NCBI GenBank assembly: GCA_002269645.1
Contig: NIVC01001697.1
Location: 62,001-126,000 of the forward strand
Source: Macrostomum lignano
Taxonomy: Eukaryota
Length of the DNA: 64,000 nucleotides
Direction of reading: 5' to 3'
The notes under the pieces were generated by a model, which saw only the letters and a program-made list of their open reading frames with translations, did not search any database and was not told the origin of the DNA. Of the stretch, positions 27,325 through 46,614 are shown one piece after another. Position 1 is the first letter of the stretch. Each line of letters begins with the position of its first letter. The position numbers and the translations under genes were made by a program.

Positions 27325-29248
27325 GGCAGTGCTTATTCCAACAGTACCGTGCGAATAATTTTCTGCTTATCCGCATGGCACACTGAGGAGATAGCTGCCC
27401 TATCTAGGCTATCTTCTACATATGCCATGCGAATAATTTTCTGCTTATCCACATGGCACACTAAGGAGATAGCTGCCCTATCTTCTACATATGCCGTGTG
27501 AATAATTTTCTGCTTATCCACACGGCACACTGACGAGATAGCTGCCCTATCTTCTACATATGCCGTGCGAATAATTTTCTGCTTATCCGCATGGCACACT
27601 GACGAGATAGCTGCCCTATCTTCTACATATGCCGTGCAAATAATTTTCTGCTTATCCGCATGGCACACTGACGAGATAGCTGCTTTATCTTCTACATATG
27701 CCGTGTGAATAATTTTCTGCTTATCCGCATGGCACACTAACGAGATAGTTGCCCTATCTTCTACATATGCCATGCAAATAATTTTCTGCTTATCTACACG
27801 GTACACTGATGAGATAGCTGCCTTATCTTCTACATATGCCGTGTGGGAAGTTTAGTACATATGATTTGAGTGCAGTATAACAACATAACTTGGCTTGAAC
27901 ATTTGTTGATTGAAAATGTGTCTTGTCAGGCTCCATGCTTCGACTACATTTTCCTAGGCTCATTGCATGCCGTGGCCTATAGACACTCAAGGGTTTTTAG
28001 CCTGACTCGTGTGTTTTTCTCGTAGCAAGCCAGTTTTTTAGCAGCCAGTTTGTGTCCCGTTTTTATTGAAGTGAAAAATTATGGAATAATAGCTATTTTT
28101 AGCAGAGTTATAGCTTAAATGACAATACTTTTGTTCCACCCGAGCAGCTGCTGCTGTTTGACAAAAAATTATGTAGTAGTATATTTTAAATATTTGCGGT
28201 ACCACTATTATTCTCAATTTGCTGTACCATAATTAGCTCCATTTATCCTGCAAGCCTGCTGGTACTCAAAAAGTCAGACGTTTTATTTGCATTTCTTTCT
28301 TTTCAATTTTTTCTTCTATTCGTAATATTTCACATTCGACTTTGCCCGCAGAAATTCTATCTGCTACATCTTAACATTATGTAGAAGCATATTTTTATTA
28401 ACTGCGCACACCAGCATGGTGCTAATACTTTTTATTACTGTATTTCTATTTAAAACTAATTCAAAATATTTTGTCCGAAATAATGCAAAAAGGTTAGCAT
28501 AAAATTTGCGAAAAGAGGTCAGTATGAGCTAAAAATCACAAATGAGAAATAAAAATACGTGCTGCACAAATCAGTTATAAAAAAGCAGAATATGCACTCG
28601 TACTATCACGTTTTAGTCTAGGGACAGTTGCTACCTTCTTTGTTACATTTTTATGATATACCTTACGTGTGTGTTTACTGTTACCTCTGTACTGTCCTTG
28701 AACCATTAGGTATGAGTGCTTTGTCCTCGGGTGAGAGATTGATGCTTAAAGTTCGGGACAATGTTTTGAGATTTCTCTAAAGAACCTAATTTCGAACGGG
28801 AGTACACAAGAAACTGAGTATACAATGGCTATCACAACCAAAGTGTCTAATAAAAATATGTTAATATGATCAATTTTATACTTTAGAATGAAATATATTT
28901 TGAACACGTGCTTTTACAAAAAACGATCCATTTTCCTTTCCGAAAATCACCACTTTAGGTAACTTGATGAATCCTATTTTCATTTTATTTCTACTTTTGA
29001 ACAGTAATAATGCAAAAAGCAGAAAGCAGAAAAAGCAGAAAATTATTCGCACGGCATATGTAGAAGATAGGGCAGCTATCTCGTCAGTGTGCCATGCGGA
29101 TAAGCAGAAAATTATTCGCACGGCATATGTAGAAGATAGGGCAGCTATCTCCTCAGTGTGCCGTGCGGATAAGCAGAAAATTATTCACACGGTACCATTA
29201 GAATAAGACAGAAATTATTCCTATGGTACCGTGGAGATAAGCACTGCC
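27325..29248. mobile_element. Fold-back/MULE-like element with subterminal 69-bp tandem repeats, ~1.9 kb
   Basis: Termini ggcagtgcttat / ataagcactgcc. 9-bp TSD TATTTAAAT at 27316-27324 and 29249-29257. The 69-bp unit occurs ~7 times on the left (27350-27843) and ~2.5 times inverted on the right (29032-29195). Confidence 0.85.
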
Positions 29249-29272
29249 TATTTAAATACAGAATCCAAAGAA

Positions 29273-30285
29273 GGGAACTGTTAATTCAGTGACAGTCAGT
29301 TTGGTGACATCCATTTTGGTAACAGGTTACTTTGGCGACAAATGTGTGTCTAGCCAATGCAAATGATTCAATAGAGAAATTTTTGTAAAAAAAACCCTTT
29401 TTGTCATAAATTAAAAATCAATTTTGAATTTAGGTTAAAATAGTTTTCTTGGTAATTACTGTATTTCAATGTCCTGCTAAGTTAAGATACATAATATGTC
29501 TAAGGGATATTACAATTTTTTTGTGTAAGCAAAGGATTTCTAATAAATAAATAAACAAAAAAATAAATCTAACAATCTTAATTTAATTTAATATTTTTTT
29601 GCTTTAGGCCCTATGCTTTGCCAGTATGCATGGACATAGTATTTTATTTTATTTATTTTATAAGCTTTTGACAAGTTAATTTTCAACAAAATAAGGAAGT
29701 ATAAGTATAGAGGTAAATAGCATGTTTCGGAGAAGCACTTTGCTTTGAGTACTTAGTAGTAATGGTAAGTAAGTTTGGCTTAGGCAGGAAGCCTGTTTGG
29801 CCAGTATATGTAAGTGTATTTAATGAAAATTTAAAAGTAGAAGGAAAACCTTATGCATAAATATGAGTTTTGCAATAGTATAGTATTTGAAAGAGTGCCT
29901 AAATTTTTCAAATGAAGAAAAAGTATTTAGATAGGCCTAAGGAATTAAAAAACAAGCATTATATAAACTTGATGTATGTGATTGTAATGTGATATAAATG
30001 TAATGTAATATAATGTGATTTGAAAAGAAATCTTTAAAAAATTTAAATATACATCTTTTTCTTAGAAACACTTCACTTTAAACAAGACAAGCAGTATAAT
30101 TCCTTTTTAAAACTGACCTATTTAAGCAAGGCATCAAATTACAAGATACTAATCTAGAGTATTTATTGCAGTTTAAATGTGAAATTATGCACACATTATT
30201 TGTTATCAAGTAACCTGTTGCCAAAATGGATGTCACCGAACTGACTGTCACCAAACTGACTATCACTGAAGTAACCGTAATTCCC
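29273..30285. mobile_element. TIR element with AT-rich interior, ~1 kb
   Basis: Left arm ttcagtgacagtcagtttggtgacatccattttggtaacaggttactt is inverted at the right as aagtaacctgttgccaaaatggatgtcacc...gactatcactgaa; both ends are ggga/tccc. No TSD found. Confidence 0.7.
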
Positions 30286-31555
30286 AATAAACTCCCAACT
30301 CCACAGAGATGAGTCATAGACTATTTAAATGAATCTAATATGCTACTTTGTATTTGACTTGTAATTTTAAATTGTAATTTTATAAAATCTTTTAGTTTTT
30401 TGCCTAGCCCTAGCCTAGGTTTTAATTAATTAAATTAAAATGTAGTTGTAGATAGATCTATTTATCATTGAACCAATCAAAAAGTGACAATTATAAAACC
30501 TAGTATATATAGATACTAGTCAATTTGGTGACAAGTTGCATTTGTGGTAGACATGCTTCATATTTTATGAAAAATTAAAATTTCATGTGTATAGTATAGT
30601 CATTTTAGTGATAAGAAGCTTCATAATATTAATTTGTAACTGTTTTGTTAAGATTTATGTTTTGTATATATATTTGAAAGTTTCTATCAAAAGATTAATA
30701 TATTAAAGAAAAAATCAAACTAATTAGATTTTTTTGTGCAGATCATTTTAAATTGTCCTAGAATATTTAAACATAGAAACCATCGACCTATAAAGAATCC
30801 TCATAAAATTCTGACCATAATAAAAGCAGAGCTATTCACTGGATTTTGATTAGAAAACATAAATTCAAAAGATCACAATTCTATATTTGTCTATAAACTT
30901 ACTCTGTGAACTTTAATGATAAAAACATTTCTTTTTTTTAATATAGCCTTAAAATAATCTTTAATAAAAACTTTTTTTATAGATATCTCTACAAATAACA
31001 CCTAAAATTTTGTTCTTTTGCCTATACTATATATACTATATCTGTACCCATAGCTAAGTACTCGTAATTTCCTCTTTAGCCTCTATCACACAATATGCAC
31101 ATAGAGTCAAAAATCTTGGTTGTATGTGTCCTCAATCCCAAGGACTTAAGAGTTCCCCTGGCAACATTCATTTAATAATTTATTTCTATCCTCCAATCTA
31201 TTAACCCAAGAGCTCTAATGATTAATGGATAAAACTGCAAAGGTTTTCAAGAAATATCAATCTAGTTGCAAATGCTATTTTTAGCAAATATGCCAGACTG
31301 TGTAAGCATATGACTGATCTTGTTCTAAATCTTATCAACAACCAGCCATATATCTGTATCTGAGCCTAAAGCTTTTGAAAAATTAGTTCATTAAATAAGG
31401 TAATTGCCAATTTCCAAAGATACATTGCAACACTGTAATTATGAGCATACTTTTTTGCCACCCCTCGTAATAAAAGAAAAATAGTTAAAAGTTGAACCAT
31501 TATTTAACGGGCTGTAATCTTAAAATTGCATGCGATAGCAACTAAAAAGTACATC

Positions 31556-34500
31556 ATGACCACCAAGCTGTTCGGCAAGGACCTGAAGGAGTACGAGGAC
31601 ATCGATGTTGACGAGCTGCTAGCCAAGCTCACGCCGGAGGAGATTGACGAGCTTAACAGCGAGTTGGACCCCGACAACTCCCTGCTGCCGCCCTCGCAGC
31701 GCTGCCGCAACCAGACTGACAAAGAGCCGACTGGACCGTTCGACCGGGACCGGCTCATTAAATTCTTGCGCGACCAGGCAGCCAAAGAGAAGGACTGGGA
31801 AGAGGCTGTGCCTTACGAGAAGAAGACCCGGGGCAAAGTGTTCGTGCCCAAGGAGCAGTCGGTCAAAGCGTTCAGCGATCAGGATCTGGCCGATATGGGA
31901 CTCGATCCCGAGACTGAGGACGTCCTGCGCAACGCCAGCGAAGAGGAGATCGTTGATCTGGCCGCAGCTCTGGGCTTCAGCAGCATCATGAATCAGGTTG
32001 GCGATCTGGGAGATCGATAGGGGGATTGGAGATCTAGATGAGATCTAGAGGGAGGAAGGAGATCTAGAGGAAAAGAGGAGATCTAGAGGGAGAGAGGAGA
32101 TCTAGAGGGAGAGAGGAGATCTAGGAGAGAGCAGATCTAGAGGAGAGAGATCTAGAGGGAGAGAGGAGATCTAGAGGAAGAGAGGAGATCTAGAGGGAGG
32201 TTGGAGATCTAGAGGGAGAGAGGAGATCTAGAGGGAGAGAGGAGATCTAGAAGGAGAGAGGAGATCTAGAGGGAGAGAGGAGATCTAGAGGGAGAGAGGA
32301 AATCTAGAAGGAGAGAGGAGATCTAGAGGGAGGTTGGAGATCTAGAGGGAGAGAGGAGATCTAGAAGGAGAGAGGAGATCTAGAGGGAGGTTGGAGATCT
32401 AGAGGGAGAGATGATCTAGAGGAAGATCTAGAAGGAGAGAGGAGATCTAGAGGAAGAGAGATCTAAAGGGAGAGAGGAGATCTAGAGGAGAGAGATCTAG
32501 AGGAAGAAAGGAGATCTAGAGGGAGGTTGGAGATCTAGAGGGAGAGATGATCTAGAGGAAGATCTAGAAGGAGAGAGGAGATCTAGAGGAAGAGAGATCT
32601 AGAGGGAGAGAGGAGATCTAGAGGAGAGAGATCTAGAGGAAGAGAGGAGATCTAGAGGGAGGTTGGAGATCTAGAGGGAGAGAGGGGATCTAGAGGGAGA
32701 GAGGAGATCTAGAAGGAGAGAGGAGATCTAGAGGGAGGTTGGAGATCTAGAGGGAGAGATGATCTAGAGGAAGATCTAGAAGGAGAGAGGAGATCTAGAG
32801 GAAGAGAGATCTAGAGGGAGATTGGAAATCTAGAGGGAGCTAGGAGATCTAGAGGGAGCTAGGAGATCTAGAGGCAGATTGGAAATCTGAAGAAAGATAG
32901 CAAATCTGGAAGAAAACGAGGGCGGAGTATAGAAAGAGGCTACGAGATAGCGGTGGAGAAGCAGGAAGCAGGAGTTCCTCCTAAGAGCGCGCTGCCAACC
33001 CAGTGTTTAGGTAATAATTAAGCTAAAATGCCAGGTTATTGTGCCTAGGAATGCTGAGTCAGAAGCAAGCTAATAACATTTCACATGCAGCCCTCTTCAA
33101 GGGCAACTGAAATCTGTGCAGATTGAATTCAGGCAATGCAAATAGTCAATTCAGTATGTTTCCATTTGTAAGTGTGTGAAAGTAAATAGTTGGCCAGGAG
33201 TTGGTCTGGCACAATTTAAACATTGCATACACAGTTTTGATATACACAGTTCGTTTGCACAAACAACTATGGGTGTGCAAGAGCTTTTTTAATCCTATAG
33301 GTTTCAAATTCTAAATAGGTTTTTTAGACTAACGAAGCGTTAGATTTTGAAGCCTATTATAAGTGTGAATCCCATAAATTTCACAGATCCTATAATGCCA
33401 CGAATTTCACAGATCCCAATAATCCCATAAATTTCTTAGATAACATATCAGAATCCCATAAATTTCACAGATCCGATCCAAAATCCCATAAATTTCTCTG
33501 ATCCCATCCAAAATCCCATAAATTTCACAGATTCCATAAAAAACCCCATAAATTTCACAGATCCCATAAAAAATCCAATAAATTTCTCAGATCCCATTTA
33601 AAATCCCATAAATTTCACAGATCCCATTTAAAATCCCATAAATTTCTCAGATCCAATCCAAAATCCCATAACTTTCTCAGATCCCATCCAAAATCCCATA
33701 AATTTCTCAGATCCCATCCAAAATCCCATAAATTTCTCTGATCCCATCCAAAATCCCATAAATTTCACAGATTCCATAAAAAATCCCATAACTTTCTCAG
33801 ATCCCATCCAAAATCCCATAAATTTCTCAGATCCCATCCAAAATCCCATAAATTTCACAGATCCCATCCAAAATCCCATAAATTTCTCAGATCCCATCCA
33901 AAATCCCATAACTTTCTCAGATCCCATCCAAAATCCCATAAATTTCTCAGATCCCATCCAAAATCCCATAAATTTCACAGATCCCATCCAAAATCCCATA
34001 AATTTCACTGATCCCATTTAAAATCCCATAAATTTCACAGATCCCATCCAAAGTCCCATAAATTTCACTGATCCCATTTAAAATCCCATAAATTTCACAG
34101 ATCCCATCCAAAATCCCAAAAATGTCACTGATCCCATCCAAAATCCCATAAATTTCACAGATCCCATCCAGAATCCCATAAATTTCACAGATCCCATTTA
34201 AAATCCCATAAATTTCTCAGATCCCAAATCCCATAAATTTCATATGCACTAAGCTCCCATCTGAACCTCCGCTGCCGTCTCCCCCCACCGCAGGTCCAGT
34301 ACTGGGACTCTGTGAAAAACTCCGGCCAAAGCCTGGAAGGCGGCTTCACCGCCACGGCCAAGTCCGAGCTCATCAAAGCCATGGCCGACGAGCCGCCAAA
34401 CCCAACTGACTTGAACGACAGCATCAGGCGTCTGGAGTCTGACGCAGCCGATCTGCAGGATTTGAATCTGAATAATCTGCGCGAAATCTCCGGCCAGGAC

Positions 34501-36602
34501 TGGGACCGTCTGTGGACTGCGCTGGGCAAAAACACCAAGCTGAAAAAGCTGCAGGCTGCCAACTGCGGACTCACCGATGCTAAGGTGGCTCAATTGTTGC
34601 TGTGCTTTTTCATTTCCTAGCATTAGTCTTTTGATGTCATTATCTGTAATCACCTTTCATCACCTGTAATTCCCTATAATCACATGTCATCATCTGTCAT
34701 CACCTGTCAACTGTAATTCTCTGTAATCACATGTCACTGATCACATGTCACTGATCACATGTCACTGATCACATGTCACTGATCACATGTCACTGATCAC
34801 ATGTCACTGATCACATGTCACTGATCACATGTCACTGAATCACATGTCACTGTCTGTAATCACATGATCACCTGTCACCTGTCATCGTCAATCATCACCA
34901 GTCATCTATAATCACCTGTCATCATCTGTCATCATCTGTAATCATCTGTAATCTCTTGTTGTCATCTGTCATCATCTGTCATCACCTGTCATCATCTGTA
35001 GTTACCTGTCATCTGTCATCATCTGTAATCATCTGTAATCACTTGTCATAATCTGTCATCATCTGTAATCACCTGTCATCATCTGTCATCACCTGTCATC
35101 ATCTGTAGTTACCTGTCATCATCTGTCATCACCTGTCATCATCTGTAATTCCCTATAATCACATGTCATCATCTGTCATTATCTGTAATCACCTGTCATC
35201 ATCTTTCATCACCTGTCATCACCAGTCATCATCTTTCATCACCTGTCATCACCTGTCATCACATGTAATCATCTGTCATCACCTGTAATCACTTGTCATC
35301 ATCTGTAATCATCTGTCATCACCTGTAATCACTTGTCATCATCTGTAATCATCTGTCATCACCTGTAATCACTTGTCATCATCTGTAATCATCTGTCATC
35401 ATCTGTCATCACCTGTCATCCTGTAGTTACCTGTCATCTGTCATCACCTGTAATCTTCTGTCATCACCTGTAATCATCTGTCATCACCTGTAATCACTTG
35501 TCATCATCTGTAATCATCTGTCATCACCTGTAATCACTTGTCATCATCTGTAATCATCTGTCATCATCTGTCATCACCTGTCATCCTGTAGTTACCTGTC
35601 ATCTGTCATCACCTGTAATCTTCTGTCATCACCTGTAATCATCTGTCATCACCTGTAATCACTTGTCATCATCTGTAATCATCTGTCATCACCTGTAATC
35701 ACTTGTCATCATCTGTAATCATCTGTCATCATCTGTCATCACCTGTCATCCTGTAGTTACCTGTCATCTGTTATCACCTGTAATCTTCTGTCATCACCTG
35801 TAATCATCTGTCATCACCTGTAATCACTTGTCATCATCTGTAATCATCTGTCATCACCTGTAATCACTTGTCATCATCTGTAATCATCTGTCATCATCTG
35901 TCATCACCTGTCATCCTGTAGTTACCTGTCATCTGTCATCACCTGTAATCTTCTGTCATCACCTGTAATCATCTGTCATCACCTGTAATCACTTGTCATC
36001 ATCTGTAATCATCTGTCATCATCTGTCATCACCTGTCATCCTGTAGTTACCTGTCATCTGTCATCACCTGTAATCTTCTGTCATCACCTGTAATCTTCTG
36101 TCATCACCTGTAATCATCTGTCATCACCTGTAATCATCTATCATCTTCTGTAATCACCTGTCATCACCTATCATCACCTGTCATCGCCTATCATACCTGT
36201 CATCACCTGTCATCACCTGTCATCACCTGTCATCACCTGTCATCACCTGTAATCACCTGTAATCTGTCACCCTACCAGGCCGCCGGGCTCCTCACCGCCC
36301 TGGAGACCAACAAGACCCTGGAGACGCTCTGCTTGGACTCCAACATCCTGACCGGGCCGTACATTGTTAAACTATTCTCCGCCATTGGTAACCAAGGACG
36401 CATTCGCGAATTGCGCCTTAGTAACCAGCGCCAGCGAGTATTCGGTGTCCAAATTGAGATGGAGATTCTCCGTCTGGTTGGGGAGAATGAAACCCTAATC
36501 CGCCTGGGCATCGATCTGCAGATTGCCGAGGCCAAGGTTCGAGTTCAGGACCGCGTCCAGCGCAATATGGACAAGGCCACGAGGCTGGCGAGGGCTTCGT
36601 AA
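31556..36602 (+). CDS. TMOD: Tropomodulin (actin pointed-end capping protein), ~351 aa
   Basis: Exons 31556-31996, 34294-34584, 36279-36602, all phase 0. N-terminal KDLKEYEDIDVDELLAKLTPEE, DPDNSLLPPSQRCRNQTDKEPTGPFDR, and C-terminal LRR domain (LNLNN, ALETNKTLETLCLDSNILTG, LRLSNQ). The exon-2 donor (gtggct) is weak but gives the expected LRR spacing. Confidence 0.93.
32030..32890. repeat. Purine-rich minisatellite, core gagatctagaggga, Tmod intron 1
   Basis: ~15-19-bp units built around agatctaga. Confidence 0.92.
33368..34235. repeat. 30-bp minisatellite aaatcccataaatttctcagatcccatcca, Tmod intron 1
   Basis: 10-aa periodicity in the ORF track; direct units. Confidence 0.93.
34640..36265. 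repeat. Compound 9-10-bp repeat (tcatcacctg / taatcatctg) with a 14-bp atcacatgtcactg block, Tmod intron 2
   Basis: Fills nearly all of intron 34585-36278. Confidence 0.92.
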
Positions 36603-38024
36603 TATCAGTCGTATTTCATTATGATTTTTACGCTCGTATTATTGTTGATCAACAATTTTTTAACCAAGTAATAGTTATAAAAAAGAGATTTTTTCTGAGA
36701 CATTTTTATCGGAACCAAGGACTCCAGACGGGCGGATCCAAGGATCCTTGAATCAATCCTTACGAACCTGCTGCACCCCCCACGCAATCTGATTAAAGGG
36801 CTGCTTAAACTTCAATTCGTGTGCTGAATGCATCAATTGGCAATACAAATTATTTTATATTTACATTATTTATTCGTTAAACAGTGTGATTTGCCCTTTA
36901 TAGTTACTGTGTACTCGCTAGCGTGTGTACCTGGCATCGGCCATTTAACTAACCTGCTAAATATGCTTGGCTTCTTCTAGCGATCGAATTGTTAATTATT
37001 AGTAAATTAGCAATTATTATTATTAATATTTATATAGCATTAGCCATAATTGAAATTTTACCTGCCGTTATATTTTATCTGTAATTGACAATCATTGTCA
37101 ATTATTTCGTTATAATGCAATTGAGTTGCAAACAGCTCACTAGCGACTCCAGCGACTATTTTTTTACTACTCAGACGGCTCGCGAGAGCGTCACGTGACT
37201 TGTAGAATCGTAAAAAAGTTGCGAAAGAGTCACCCAAGATTTGTTGTGGTTGCGTGGCTGTTTTGTGTTCTGGAGGCTTGCGAGGATCGCTGGAGCACCC
37301 GAGATCAGGCAACACAGATTTCGTCGATTCCTATTTGAGTAGTCCTTGAGTCCTTCATTAACTCAGTCCCAGTGACAGCTTTAATCCATTCGGGGGTGGA
37401 AACTTCAATAACAGGTTTCTCAATTGTGCTCAATTACTTGCCTTATATGGAAAGTTGAAGCGGGCTCGAAGTTTCTAGCCTTCGCTCTTTTCTCAATAGG
37501 GGGTCGCCTTTTTCAGAGTGTAGAAACAATTGAGCCGGCCAGTTGCGGGTCAGTCATGTGACGCTAGAAAAGAAAAAGCAGAATTGTCTCCGAAAGAGAG
37601 ACAGAAACTGCTTGAAATGCTAATTTGGTCATTTGCAGTGTTTACGCCCAACAATTGTTTATTATCTAGCCAGCGTTTATGCTGCGCAATGTTTCTTTTT
37701 CATTTCTTTGTCAACTGAACCCAGCCATCCCTTACTGTAGTTTCTCTGTCCTCACGAAGTCGAGTTCAAATATATTCGCAAATTTATATCAACAAAATGT
37801 TACTCGAAAGCTTCTAAACGCAAAATATTGACTCTCAAATTTGCTAATCCTTCAGGTGTGCGTTTTCCATCTTTTGTTTATTTTTTATTTCATTTATACG
37901 CGTTTTTGACTACTAAAAGTAGAGAAATTTGGATTTTATCAAAGAAAACTGTGGAGTATGGCGCAAAGTTACTGTTTTGAACCGCTTATAGACTTTTTCT
38001 ACTGCTGACACCTTATTTCTCACT

Positions 38025-38475
38025 CTGACACCCTGTCTGATGCTCCTGACATCCCTATCTGATGCTCCTGACATCTCTATCTGATGCTCCTGACATCCCT
38101 ATCCATGATGCTCCTGACACCCCTATCTGATGCTCCTGACACTCCTATCTGATGCTCCTGACACCCAATCTGTTGCTCCTGACACCCCTATCTGATGCTC
38201 CTGACACCCCAATCTGTTGCTCCTGACACCCCTATCTGATGCTCCTGACACCCCTATCTGATGCTCCTGACACCCCTATCTGTTGCTCCTGACACCCCAA
38301 TCTGTTGCTCCTGACATCCCTATCTGATGCTCCTGACATCCCTATCTGATGCTCCTGACACCCCAATTTGTTGCTCCTGACACCCCTATCTGATGCTCCT
38401 GACACCTCTATCTGATGCTTCTGACACTCCTATCTAATGCCAGAAGCAGCATCCTATCTAATGCTGCTGACACCC
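38025..38475. repeat. 22-bp minisatellite ctgacacccctatctgatgctc
   Basis: Direct tandem units. Confidence 0.92.
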
Positions 38476-38894
38476 CACGAGAAAAAATCGCTCGAACTGC
38501 AAATGTTACCGGCGCTTTGAAGATCCATTTCGGATATTTTATGGCTGTGTGAACTGCATATTTTACGAGTATACTGGTCGGATAGGTTTTAGTGTTTTTC
38601 CGGGCCCTATAAACCTGCAATCCAATCTGGTAGTTTATGAAATGTATAAGATGTACTTCTCTTTAAATGACCTGTCAATCACAGAAAAATGTCAACGTGT
38701 ACTGCAGTAATGTACAGCTTTTCTTAACGCACACAACTAGTCAAGAGTGTATTAGACAGTATTCGATAATTAGCAAGTCATTTTTATTCTAAATTGTAAG
38801 CTGAAATTGTAAACTTTATTGCATAGCACGATAAATGTTAATAAATGTACGCTTAGATTAAAAAAATTTGTGGCCCGAGGTTAGGGCTCCCAGA

Positions 38895-39412
38895 TCGGCG
38901 CCCTCAGACAGACTAGCGCCCCCAGATCGGTGCTCCCAGACTAGCACCCTTTAATCAGCCCCCCCCCCTGACTAGCGCCCCCAGACTAGCAAACCCCATA
39001 CTAGCAACCCCCGACTAGCGCCCTCGGACTAGCGCCCCCAGACTAGCGCCCTCAGACTAGCAAACCCCATACTAGCAACCCCCGACTAGCGCCCTCGGAC
39101 TAGCGCCCCCCGACTAGCGCCCTCAGACTAGCAAACCCCATACTAGCAACCCCCATACTAGCAACCCCCGACTAGCGCCCCAAGACTAGCGCCCCTCCGA
39201 CAAGCGCCCCCAGAGTAGCGCTACCAGACTAACGCTCCCAGACTAGCGCCCCCAGACTATAGCGCTCCCGGACTAGCGCTCCCAGACTAGCGCCCCCAGA
39301 CTAGCGCCCCCAGACTAGCGCCCCAGATAGGCGCCCTCAGACAAGCGCCCCCAGACTAGCGCCATCAGATCAGCGCCCAAGATCGACGCCCTTAAATCAG
39401 CGCCCCCAGTCT
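38895..39412. repeat. 13-14-bp minisatellite gactagcgccccca
   Basis: Direct tandem units ending ~30 bp from the channel stop codon. Confidence 0.9.
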
Positions 39413-39443
39413 ATAACGCCAATCATCGAGGCGCACTGCAGCG

Positions 39444-44208
<4,765 letters not shown>

Positions 44209-44811
44209 GCCGGCTGTTCCCATGCAGTTCTGAATCGGGAACACAGCAATTAGTATTGCAGGGATCAAGGAAACAAAGTTGGAAGTGAATGAATTTTGCG
44301 CAAACTACCAGGTAAGTATCTGCACGAAGGGACCGACAGTGTTTTTATTACCAGAATTACCCCTACCGCAGTCACCTATTGGCTGGCTGCAGACACACTT
44401 GCAGAGCAGGGGTGTCCTTCGCGGATTTGCTGTTGCTAGGGGGTAAGTCATGAGTGAGGCTGCATGGCTGGGCCCATGTCAGTTCGTGTTCGGTATTGCA
44501 GCTGCAATTCGTCAGAAACCTTTTTCGGGCACGTTCGATTTGATACGGTTATAATTGACATCACCTGGCAAGGGAAAAGCTATTAAGAAGTCTTTGTTTT
44601 AACGGGAAGGAGAACACGGCGCACTAAGCGATTCAATTCATGAATAACTTGTAGCTGTTCGGCGTATTTTAGACCACAAAGACCTTCAGTCGATTCTGTG
44701 CAAATAAACAAAATGTCAAGTGTAGCGTTGTCACTGTACATGCGGAAATTTGGGGGGCATGCGATTCGAACATTGAGGGATTATGCACTGAATTAATGAG
44801 AAAGAGTTAAG

Positions 44812-45866
44812 GATATCAGAGAGTGAGTTGAGGATATCAGAGAGTGAGTTGAGGATATCAGAGAGTGAGTTGAGGATATCAGAGAGTGAGTTGAGGATAT
44901 CAGAGAGTGAGTTGAGGATATCAGAGAGTGAGTTAAGGATATCAGAGAGTGAGTTGAGGATATCAGAGAGTGAGTTGAGGATATCAGAGAGTGAGTTGAG
45001 GATATCAGAGAGTGAGTTGAGGATATCAGAGAGTGAGTTGAGGATATCAGAGAGTGAGTTGAGGATATCAAAGAGTGAGTTGAGGATATCAGAGAGTGAG
45101 TTGAGGATATCAGAGAGTGAGTTGAGGGGATCAGAGAGTGAGTTGAGGATATCAAAGAGTGAGTTGAGGATATCAGAGAGTGAGTTGAGGATATCAGAGA
45201 GTGAGTTGAGGATATCAGAGAGTGAGTTGAGGATATCAGAGAGTGAGTTGAGGATATCAGAGAGTGAGTTGAGGATATCAGAGAGTGAGTTGAGGATATC
45301 AGAGAGTGAGTTGAGGATACCAGAGAGTGAGTTGAGGATATCAGAGAGTGAGTTGAGGATATCAGAGAGTGAGTTGAGGATATCAGAGAGTGAGTTGAGG
45401 ATATCAGAGAGTGAGTTGAGGATATCAGAGAGTGAGTTGAGGATATCAGAGAGTGAGTTGAGGATATCAGAGAGTGAGTTGAGGATATCAGAGAGTGAGT
45501 TGAGGATATCAGAGAGTGAGTTGAGGATATCAGAGAGTGAGTTGAGGATATCAGAGAGTGAGTTGAGGATATCAGAGAGTGAGTTGAGGATATCAGAGAG
45601 TGAGTTGAGGATATCAGAGAGTGAGTTGAGGATATCAGAGAGTGAGTTGAGGATATCAGAGAGTGAGTTGAGGATATCAGAGAGTGAGTTGAGGATATCA
45701 GAGAGTGAGTTGAGGATATCAGAGTGAGTTGAGGATATCAGAGAGTGAGTTGAGGATATCAGAGAGTGAGTTGAGGATATCAAAGAGTGAGTTGAGGATA
45801 TCAGAGTGAGTTGAGGATATCAGAGAGTGAGTTGAGGATATCAGAGAGTGAGTTGAGGGGATCAGA
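44812..45866. repeat. 21-bp minisatellite gagttgaggatatcagagagt (~50 copies)
   Basis: Near-perfect units (RISESEL periodicity). Confidence 0.97.
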
Positions 45867-46614
45867 TAGTGATGGGGTTAATTGAGTTCCGGTTTCGAGA
45901 AAAAGTGCTGGGAAGGCTATTATCAAATCTGCTGCAGAAGTTGCTGCCACTCTATTTTTCCTGTCAATTTCTGCATCCTGCCGGTCCCAAGCCCCTTATT
46001 CATTTCCCGAATCGAACTTTCACTTTAAAGTGTCGCTATTTGCTTCGAGACAAAGTTCCCGAGAAAGATTATCGGGGTTTAGCAGCACCTTATCTGGCCC
46101 GCAAATCCGCAGTGCTTCGCACCTTTTGTCCGCTGCGCTTTGGGTTCCCATAAAAGGCACCTGCCGCTGTCAATCCAGCTGCTTGGGAAATGAGGTAGGA
46201 GACAAACCACAGCAAATTCTTGGGAGCCTGCAGAAGAAGGAAAGCGCGCATGAAAGGGTGTTAAGAAAATCCTAATGCTGCGGATGTTGGTGAGGACACG
46301 AGAAATCTTCAGGCCTCGCAGCGATAGCCGTGGGAGAATTGCCTGGGGAGATCCGCAGCCAGCATTTGCAGCTATTTTTCTGCGCGTGCGCCCCCCTCCC
46401 ACCCAGGTCCTCACTTACCGACAAAACCCAGGGACTTCTGGGGCTGTTCGGCAGTCATCAGGTGACTACTACGCTGGAAGCTGACTGCCTGGCTCTACAT
46501 ATCTTTCCTCGCCGTTCACTTTTTTAAATTCCTACCCCCCCTCCAAAAAGGTCTGTTCCCCCCGAGTCCAGGAGACCGCGAACAGAATAGAGTCTGGAGT
46601 ATGGGAGCTCTTGC

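Noticed and set aside
44731-44795. CIIPQCSNR peptide resembling a THAP zinc-finger start
   Set aside because: Stop follows within ~10 codons; there is no FP..W or downstream C/H motif.
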